A DNA stretch of 24,000 nt, from positions 229,062 to 253,061 of the forward strand of contig NZ_CP119970.1 of the NCBI RefSeq assembly GCF_032163395.1, written 5' to 3'. Below, piece after piece: positions 17,734 through 24,000 of the stretch. The position numbers and the translations under genes are program-made. The notes under the pieces are model-generated. The model was not told where the DNA came from and ran no database searches. It saw only the letters and a program-made list of their open reading frames with translations. Numbering within the stretch: the stretch's first letter is position 1; each line of letters opens with the position of its first letter. The stretch comes from Gloeocapsopsis dulcis (lineage in GTDB: Bacteria; Cyanobacteriota; Cyanobacteriia; Cyanobacteriales; Chroococcidiopsidaceae).

Positions 17734-18693
17734 TTAGGACTCCTTTGAGTCGAAAAATATTTTGACCTTGAGTTTGCGTTAGTTGATTTAACCAGTTTGT
17801 TAACTTATCACTGTTAATCGTTCCCATTTCTGCAATCGCAACTGAATAAATAGACTGATCGTGCTCGTGGTTAGCTTCATCCAAAAAGTTAGGGTCAATT
17901 GATAAAGTATTCTTTAAGTCAAAGGCTTCGATTCCTAAAACACAGTCAATATTCAAATCGCAGTTTTGGGTATAATACAACTTAGCAAATGCATTAATTT
18001 TCCGCAGTCGTTTTTCTAATTCTACTAACTGTGTTTTTGAGATTAGGTCAGTTTTATTAATTAAAACTACATCAGCAAAGGCAATTTGTTCTTGAGCTTC
18101 GCAACTGTCCCAATGATACCAAATATGTTTAGCATTAATGACTGTAATAACTGCATCAAGCTCAGTGTGCGATCGCATAATTTCATCTACAAAAAATGAT
18201 TGAATAACAGGTGCAGGATCGGCGAGCCCTGTTGTTTCAATGACTAAATAGTCAAATTTATCTCGTCTTTGTATTAAGCTGTTAACGATCCGAATAAGAT
18301 CGCCGCGTACTGTACAGCAAATGCAGCCATTATTCATTTCTAGAATTTCTTCATTAGTATCGATAACTAACTGAGCGTCAATTCCTACTTCACCAAATTC
18401 ATTAACAATGACAGCTACTTTTTTCCCGTGTTTATGAGTTAGTATGCGGTTCAAAAGAGTAGTTTTTCCAGCACCTAAATAACCTGTAATAACGGTCACA
18501 GGTACAGGTTTTGCTTTTATATAAGCCATGATACTAAGTTGTTACTTTTTCAATCAATGAACTTTTGTAATTGCGAACTTTTTTCTTTTTGTTTGAGCTT
18601 AGAGTCAAAATATTATAAAAATAAATAACTTGAATAGAGATTCAAACAAAGTTTTCCCACTATATTAGTTATTAGAAGTAAAGAATAAATGCT

Positions 18694-18735
18694 GTATTAA
18701 GCTATACAGTATTTTTAGAAAAACTAAGTAATTTT
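18694..18735 (+). promoter_or_regulatory. Second NtcA-like palindrome with a possible -10 box
   Basis: GTATTAAGCTATAC (GTA-N8-TAC, 18694-18707), then 21 nt, then TAATTT (18729-18734) on the + strand. In the minus direction the best TAN3T box is 26 nt away. The context is AT-rich, so the -10 match is weak evidence. Confidence 0.25.
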
Positions 18736-18759
18736 TTCTGAATACAAACAGCACCTCAT

Positions 18760-19035
18760 ACAACATCTTTGACCGGAGAAGCTAACGGAATTAGGATAGG
18801 AATCGTTAAAGAAGGTTTTGGCATTCCAGGATTATCAGAAGCTGACGTCGATGAAATTGTCATGGCAGCTGCTTACCGCTTAGAAAAGGTATGTTACAAG
18901 GTTAGTGAGGTTTCGATGTCAATGCACCGCGATGGTTTGCATATTTGAACTCTCATTGCTACTGAAGGCGCAACAATGCTCGTAGTTAAGGGCAACAGCA
19001 TGGGAGCTAATTGGAGCTGTGCTTTCGCTCAATAA
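18760..19035 (+). pseudogene. Internal fragment of an NHase-cluster-type amidase gene
   Basis: Reads GIRIGIVKEGFGIPGLSEADVDEIVMAAAYRLEKV..VSEVSMSMHRDGLHI*TLIATEGATMLVVKGNSMGANW, resembling the central region of amidases encoded next to nitrile hydratases. TGA (18946-18948) sits where Trp is expected. Both gene ends are missing and the coordinates are approximate. Confidence 0.6.
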
Positions 19036-19141
19036 ATTTATTATAAATTTTTTAGATAAGTTGTCAGATTGCAGCAAGCTAGGATCGAAGTGAAAACAAC
19101 ATTGTAGTTGTTTATTTCATATTCAAATTAAGGGTCAGGTT

Positions 19142-20323
19142 ATGCAACTTCTCTCGATTGAAACTACCCCCAGTCCTAGCTGCATCAAGCTCAATTTGAA
19201 TGAGTTTGTTAGTGCTAAAGCGCTGACACTACAGCAAGGAGTAGACCAAACGGATGCCCCTGCGTTTGCACAAAAGTTGCTTGCCATTGAAGCCGTTCAG
19301 TCGGTCTTTCTGTTTAAGGACTTCATTACACTGACGCGCAAGGGGAATGCAAACTGGCAACCAATTCTAGCTCAGGCTGCTCAGATCGTCGGAGTTGCTG
19401 AGGATGCAGATCCAAAACTTTTAGATCGCGTTTCACAGCCCCAGGAAGCAGCTTTTAGTTCAACTAACGCGCAGCAGACCTCAAACTTAAGCCACATAGA
19501 GGTAGCTGTTCAAAAGTTTCGCGGCATTCCAGTTCAAGTGCGAGCAATCGCTGCTGATGGTCAGCAAGCACGGGTAGCACTGCCAGAGCGATTTAATCAG
19601 GCACTTCAAAGAGCAGTTAGTGCCACCAGAGCGAATTACGTAGCAGAGCGACGCTGGGAACCGTATCATTCCCCTGTTGGTTCGCCTGATGAGGTTGCGC
19701 AACTGGTTGCTGACGAGATTGCCAGTCTAATTAACGAAGACGAACTAGCTCAAATTGAAGCAGCAGCATCTGGTGAGTCCGAATTTAAGTTAACTGATAA
19801 GACTTCCTTACAGCAAGCGCTTTTAGCTGATTTACAGCATCCGAACTGGAAACATCGACTTAAGGCGCTGCAACAACTTGAAGTGACCCCTGAAACGTTT
19901 TCTCAGGTCGTGGCTGCACTTGAGGACGAGCAAAGTACAATTCGTCGCTGGGCGGCAGCACTTCTTGGTGGTAGTGGCATGGTTACTGCGGTAGAACCGC
20001 TTTGTCGCGTTGTCCTGACAGACTCGTCTGCTATAGTGCGTCGCACAGCAGGTGATGCTTTAAGCGATTTAGGGGACATCAAGGCAATGTCAACAATGTG
20101 TCAAGCGTTGGCAGATACTTCAAAACTGGTTCGTTGGAGAGCAGCTCGATTTTTGAATGAGATGGGCGATCGCAGTGCTGTTGCTGCCTTACACCGTGGA
20201 ATTGAACGCGAAGTTGAATTTGATGTTCGGATCGAAATGATAGCAGCGTTGGAGCGAATTGAAGGCGGTGGTGAAACTCAAGTGCCAATGTGGCAGCGAA
20301 TTACTCAAGGAGTAACAGAATAG
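19142..20323 (+). CDS. Nfu_N-domain plus HEAT-repeat protein (YpgR / virulence-factor-C-like family)
   Basis: The N-terminus IETTPSPSCIKLNLNE..VQSVFLFKDFITLTRKGNANWQPI resembles the Nfu/NifU N-terminal scaffold domain. The C-terminal repeats (NWKHRLKALQQL, STIRRWAAALLG, SAIVRRTAGDALSDLG, SKLVRWRAARFLNEMG) are HEAT_PBS-like. Confidence 0.7.
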   Translation: MQLLSIETTPSPSCIKLNLNEFVSAKALTLQQGVDQTDAPAFAQKLLAIEAVQSVFLFKDFITLTRKGNANWQPILAQAAQIVGVAEDADPKLLDRVSQPQEAAFSSTNAQQTSNLSHIEVAVQKFRGIPVQVRAIAADGQQARVALPERFNQALQRAVSATRANYVAERRWEPYHSPVGSPDEVAQLVADEIASLINEDELAQIEAAASGESEFKLTDKTSLQQALLADLQHPNWKHRLKALQQLEVTPETFSQVVAALEDEQSTIRRWAAALLGGSGMVTAVEPLCRVVLTDSSAIVRRTAGDALSDLGDIKAMSTMCQALADTSKLVRWRAARFLNEMGDRSAVAALHRGIEREVEFDVRIEMIAALERIEGGGETQVPMWQRITQGVTE

Positions 20324-20334
20324 TTTACATCAAC

Positions 20335-20393
20335 AACCAAGTGCACACTACTCAGACTGCGGTGAGTTTAATGCTTGACTTGGTTTGTTTTTA
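20335..20393 (+). terminator. Possible intrinsic terminator downstream of 19142-20323
   Basis: AACCAAGT (20335-20342) pairs with ACTTGGTT (20378-20385) and is followed by TGTTTTTA. The loop is long (35 nt), so the call is weak. Confidence 0.35.
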
Positions 20394-20535
20394 TCCAATT
20401 CACTTTGGGCTAATGCATGCATGACCTTTGAAATTTGAAAGCGATCGTTACGAGATCGCACCTTATCGTAAATTAATGACAGATGCGCTGCAATTTTAAA
20501 ATAAGTCTGCCTAAGCTTCTGTTAAAGTTTGATGA

Positions 20536-20703
20536 TTGAAGTACAGAGAAGGTAAATTTAACAACAACCCTGCAAAATCTGGTAGAGTTGGTGCGCTGCA
20601 CTGCATTCCAGTTATTGCCAAAGATAACTATGACACCGCCGATATGCCAACAACGGCTGGCTATGTCGGTTTAAAAGGGTCTATCCCTCCTAATGATGCT
20701 GTC
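20536..20703 (+). pseudogene. Fragment of a second AS-family amidase, paralogous to 13140-14714
   Basis: KSGRVGALHCIPVIAKDNYDTADMPTTAGYVGLKGSIPPNDAV aligns with [44 protein letters not shown] of the intact amidase, and the DNA is also clearly similar. Homology stops at about 20703, 25 bp from the stop of the HAD gene. Confidence 0.7.
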
Positions 20704-20727
20704 ATTTGGTATCCTTTGCACAACTAC

Positions 20728-21387
20728 TCAAGCAATCTCTACAATCTTGCTGGCAGCTGTAACTAAGTCGAGCGCAATGACCTCTGGCTGTGGGTAAATC
20801 GCCAAGTAGCCTTTCTCCTGCTGGTTAATAAAGGCAGTCTTCAAACCAGCGCGCGCCGCACCAGCGATATCCCAAGCATGGGTAGCAACCATCCAAGTAG
20901 CAATTGCTGTATTAGGTTTGACTAAGTTGTAAACATCGAGGTGCGGCTTTGTCTTTTCAACTGCATCGCAAGAGAAGATACTGTCAAAGTAGTCTATAGC
21001 GTTGGCACGTTCTAGTAATTGGCGCGTCGAGTTTTCGCTTCCGTTAGTCAGAGCAACTAGCCGCCAGCCTGCATCGTTTAATATCTTAAAGGCTTCGAGT
21101 GCTTCTGGCTGCAAATCAAGTTCAGCAAAAGATTCTATGATAGATGCTAATTGCGTTGTAGCTAAATCAACGCCTAACATCTGCATTGTTCGAGGTAATT
21201 CAGCTTCCAGCACCTGCTTGAGCGGCTTGTATCCTCCAGCATGAGAGAGCGCAAAAGCATCGCGCAATGTTTGGGCAAACCAAAGGTCGAGCGCGTAGGT
21301 AGGCGCACCGAATTCTACTAGCTTAGCGCGTGGCTTGTCTAAACTAAAACAAGTGCCAATTATGTCAAATACGACAGTGTTTTTCAT
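20728..21387 (-). CDS. HAD-superfamily hydrolase, type II haloacid dehalogenase-like
   Basis: 219 aa with N-terminal nucleophile motif VVFDIIGTCF, plus ALTNGS, KTKPHLDVY and THAWDIAGAARAGLKTAFI. This is the layout of L-2-haloacid dehalogenase-type HAD proteins. Confidence 0.7.
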   Translation of the reverse strand: MKNTVVFDIIGTCFSLDKPRAKLVEFGAPTYALDLWFAQTLRDAFALSHAGGYKPLKQVLEAELPRTMQMLGVDLATTQLASIIESFAELDLQPEALEAFKILNDAGWRLVALTNGSENSTRQLLERANAIDYFDSIFSCDAVEKTKPHLDVYNLVKPNTAIATWMVATHAWDIAGAARAGLKTAFINQQEKGYLAIYPQPEVIALDLVTAASKIVEIA

Positions 21388-21493
21388 GATGTGTTTGAAG
21401 TGATCGCGATCCTCAAGCTATTCTGATGCGTGATGCTGCGCGTTTCCTCCTCATAAGGATTGAAAGCTGTAGTTCCTTAACGCTTTATTGTTG

Positions 21494-22536
21494 CAGGAGT
21501 TACGCAGTTGAACCAAAGGTAGGGTAAAACAAAAGAATGAACCCACCTAAGTACAACGAGTATGATTACATTAACTAACTGAATTGCAACGCAGAAAGCA
21601 TATAGTGGCACGGAAGCTCAGGGAGTCCAACCCGAGTCCGACCCGCCAGCCCATGATGCCATTACCCGTTTGCTACATCGGATGGAGCCATCACCAGAGG
21701 TGCTATGGATAGAAGCACAGCAGCACGTTGGCTTAAACACGGGCATTTTGGTGATTGACGATTCCACCCTCGACAAGTTTTATGCCGAGAAGATGGAATT
21801 GGTGACACGGCACTGGTCTGGAAAGCATGGACGGGTGGTGCAAGGAATTAACCTAATTACCCTGTTGTGGACCCAGGGCGATCGCCACATCCCCTTAGAT
21901 TATAGGTTTTACGAGAAGTCAGTCGATAGGGCAACCAAGAATGACCATTTTCGCGCCATGCTACAAACAGCAAGGGCAAGAGGGTCTGCTCCTGAATGTG
22001 TAGTGTTTGATAGTTGGTACAGCAGTCTAGACAACCTCAAACTGATTCGCAGCTATAACTGGATTTGGTTGACGCGGCTCAAATGCAACCGTCATGTCAA
22101 TCCTGACAACACAGGCAATCGTCCGTTAAGTGATGTAGATATTGCATCTACAGGTAGCGTGGTACATCTCAAGGGCTATGGTTTTATCAAAGTATTCAAG
22201 ATTGTTACCCCAGACGGTGACATTGACTACTGGGCAACCAACAATTTGAGTCTAACTGAGTTACGGCGATTACAACTGGCTGAATTTGCTTGGGCAGTTG
22301 AGGAGTATCATCGAGGGCTAAAACAGTGTTGTGGGGCAGAGCAGGCGCAAGTACGCTCTTCTCGCGCACAGCGCAATCACATTGGCTTATCTATCCGAGC
22401 TTTTCTACGCTTAGAACTGTATTGGTTTGCCACAGGTATTAGCTGGTACGAAGCCAAACTGAGAATTGTCCGAGATGCTGTTCGGGCTTACCTTGCTGCT
22501 CCTCGCTTCTCTCTTAACCCAACTGCGTAACTCCTG
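21494..22536 (+). mobile_element. IS701/IS4-superfamily-like insertion sequence, same family as 11566-12822
   Basis: Perfect 17-bp terminal IR CAGGAGTTACGCAGTTG (21494-21510 and the reverse complement of 22520-22536). No flanking direct repeat found. Confidence 0.8.
21537..22530 (+). pseudogene. DDE transposase with a disrupted N-terminus
   Basis: MNPPKYNEYDYIN then a stop/frameshift around 21575-21600, continuing IATQKAYSGTEAQ..PAHDAITRLLHRMEPSPEVLW into ORF 21670-22530 (VIDDSTLDK, FDSWYSS, EEYHRGLKQCCG, RNHIGLSIRAF). Confidence 0.75.
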
Positions 22537-22678
22537 ATTTTATTGATACGCTCACAGAAGACTCAAATATGTCGAGTGGAAAGATTGATTCTCAGTAAAT
22601 GTCCTTACTAAAAATTTACTGAAATACTGAACTTCCTAGTTTTCTCGGATTACAGTCATTTCAAACCTTGAACATCAT

Positions 22679-22699
22679 GCGATATATCACGCGATATAT
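22679..22699. repeat. Direct repeat GCGATATAT x2 at 12-bp spacing upstream of the XRE gene
   Basis: Copies at 22679-22687 and 22691-22699, about 75 bp upstream of ATG 22773. A 9-bp inverted repeat TCAGTAAAT/ATTTACTGA lies at 22592-22600 and 22614-22622. Confidence 0.6.
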
Positions 22700-22772
22700 T
22701 TATTAAATTTTATTTTATGACATAGCAAACAACACAAAAGTACTGCAGCCAAACAACAGCAAATCTTGGCAT

Positions 22773-23003
22773 ATGAAACAGCCTTATATAGGAAGAGTAA
22801 TTCGAGAATTTCGCTTAGAACTTAACTTAACACAGGAACAGTTAGCAAATTATTTAGGAGTCAGTTGGTTAACTGTTAATCGATGGGAAAATCATCATTC
22901 TCAACCTTCTCCTTTAGCTATCAAGCAGATTGATAAGATGTTGTCTTCTAATAAGGAGTTGAATCAAGAATTACTTGATAAATCTTTAATGAATAAAGAT
23001 TAA
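22773..23003 (+). CDS. XRE-family helix-turn-helix transcriptional regulator
   Basis: 76 aa reading IREFRLELNLTQEQLANYLGVSWLTVNRWENHHSQPS, the classical HTH_3 (Cro/C1) motif. Confidence 0.85.
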   Translation: MKQPYIGRVIREFRLELNLTQEQLANYLGVSWLTVNRWENHHSQPSPLAIKQIDKMLSSNKELNQELLDKSLMNKD

Positions 23004-23004
23004 A

Positions 23005-23028
23005 TGTATTTTTAAAGTTAAAAATACA
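23005..23028 (+). other. Perfect 10-bp AT-rich hairpin between the XRE and NERD-helicase genes
   Basis: TGTATTTTTA-AAGT-TAAAAATACA, starting 2 nt after the XRE stop codon. It could be a weak terminator or an operator. Confidence 0.5.
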
Positions 23029-23116
23029 ACACTTTTCTAATTTTTGAGTAAACATTTATAAACGAATTTGCTCTATTGATTTAGGACAAACAATTATTAA
23101 TTATACAAAGAATAAT

Positions 23117-24000
23117 ATGGACTTTTTTCCTTACGAACCGTTTGATGATAACAAAGCACAGAAGAAAGTTTGGGAATGGTTAAAGGATGCCTTTAAAGAT
23201 GAGGAAGGAGTAGCATACTATCGGTATCCTATTTTTACTAAAACTGGAAGGCTTAATCGAGAACCTGATATTCTCATTCTTCATCGAGAGTTAGGCTTAT
23301 GGGTAATTGAATGCAAAGGATGTTTTATAGACAATATCAAGGGCATTCAAGGGCATGAATGGCAAATGAACAATTGGTATCGAGAAACTGATACGCCTGT
23401 TGCCCAAGCAGAAGATGAAATGTTTGCTATTAAAAATAAGTTAGACGAACGCAGAGAAACAAGAGGAAAGGTTAACTGTCATTTTAGAGTAGCGCTTCCT
23501 CATGTTAAACAGAAAGAATGGGAAGAGAAAGGATTTAGTCAGTTACCTTCTACAGAAGGTGTTGTATTGGTTTACGAAAACTTAACGCCTTCTGCTTTAA
23601 AGAAACATTTGGCTGAAAATGCCCGAAAGTGTAAACTAAGCGAACAAGATTGGGAAGTTGTTAAAGGAGTATTAGGAGGAACGCTGCCATCAAAACCGCC
23701 GCGTGATATTCCTACACAAATAGCATCAAATAATCCTATCAGAGTTATTCGTGCAATTGAAACTAAACTTAAAGTTTTAGATGAAAATCAACAAAAGATT
23801 GCTTTTGAGATTCCTGATGGTTCGCAACGTCTTCGCGGACTAGCAGGAACAGGAAAAACGGTTCTTTTTGCCAAAAGAGCCGCAAAAATTCATATTAAAT
23901 ATCCCGATTGGACAATAGGTTTTGTATTTTTTACTCGTTCTTTATACGACCAGATTCTCGAACTTGTAGCTTGTTATCATCGGGAAATGCATCCCGACCA
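23117..24000 (+). CDS. NERD-type PD-(D/E)xK nuclease domain fused to a P-loop SF1 (UvrD-like) helicase, 3'-truncated by the window edge
   Basis: Open from ATG 23117 to the window end (this frame is not in the supplied ORF track). The nuclease core is EPDILILHRELGLWVIECKG, followed by VAQAEDEM. Walker A is LRGLAGTGKTVLFAKRAAK, reached at about residue 245. Confidence 0.75.
   Translation, partial: MDFFPYEPFDDNKAQKKVWEWLKDAFKDEEGVAYYRYPIFTKTGRLNREPDILILHRELGLWVIECKGCFIDNIKGIQGHEWQMNNWYRETDTPVAQAEDEMFAIKNKLDERRETRGKVNCHFRVALPHVKQKEWEEKGFSQLPSTEGVVLVYENLTPSALKKHLAENARKCKLSEQDWEVVKGVLGGTLPSKPPRDIPTQIASNNPIRVIRAIETKLKVLDENQQKIAFEIPDGSQRLRGLAGTGKTVLFAKRAAKIHIKYPDWTIGFVFFTRSLYDQILELVACYHREMHPD

Larger units (their letters stand above)
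16604..18529 (-). pseudogene. CobW/COG0523 (G3E) metallochaperone GTPase gene, disrupted by an IS5 insertion
   Basis: The N-terminal part (17735-18529) has [12 protein letters not shown] (P-loop), GCICCTV (CxCC metal motif), ETTGLADP and INKTD, and ends ..NIFRLKGVL at the IS junction. The C-terminal part (16604-16778) reads NVDAEDRRFVFQGIHMLLDG..ELIFIGRSLDENQLKQEFRNCLI*. Confidence 0.85.

Noticed and set aside
17720-17734. Last residues (RVYF*) of ORF 17720-18529
   Set aside because: They are encoded by the IS5 terminal inverted repeat and are not part of the GTPase. The true C-terminus is the separated fragment 16604-16778.
11566-22536. Calling the IS-bracketed 11-kb block a bona fide composite transposon
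   Set aside because: The two IS copies are strongly diverged. The left copy has its own 5-bp duplication. The outer flanks (GGATA versus ATTTT) do not match. It is kept only as a hypothesis in the findings.

Overview
The window looks like an accessory, IS-saturated region (chromosomal island or plasmid) of a cyanobacterium. The cyanobacterial call rests on at least 11 copies of the HIP1 palindrome GCGATCGC found by eye, a Uma2-family gene, and NtcA-type and cyanobacterial LexA-type operator motifs. About half the window is mobile DNA from several families. These are an IS1 element inserted into and truncating an IS630 element, and an IS701 element. An IS6 element has its transposase gene split by a complete 1835-nt group II intron. 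A second IS630 element abuts an ISKra4 fragment. Two related IS701/IS4-like elements share CAGGA(C/G)TTACGCA termini. An IS5 element disrupts a COG0523 GTPase gene. Most of the transposase genes carry nonsense codons or frameshifts. The non-mobile cargo is a nitrile/amide cluster. It holds an intact cobalt-type nitrile hydratase operon (beta, alpha with CTLCSC, small accessory protein) behind a canonical NtcA-type promoter architecture. It also holds a convergent signal-peptide amidase, the IS5-broken CobW-like GTPase, two amidase gene relics, an Nfu_N/HEAT-repeat protein and a type II haloacid dehalogenase-like hydrolase. Other items worth follow-up are an orphan 219-aa gene behind a cyanobacterial LexA-box match, and a ParB/KorB-like HTH gene with an upstream 15-bp tandem repeat and twin intragenic palindromes. 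At the right edge, a more AT-rich, HIP1-free segment encodes an XRE regulator and a truncated NERD nuclease / SF1 helicase fusion that may be a defence or mobile-element gene. All functional calls come from motif recognition by eye; no database search was run.
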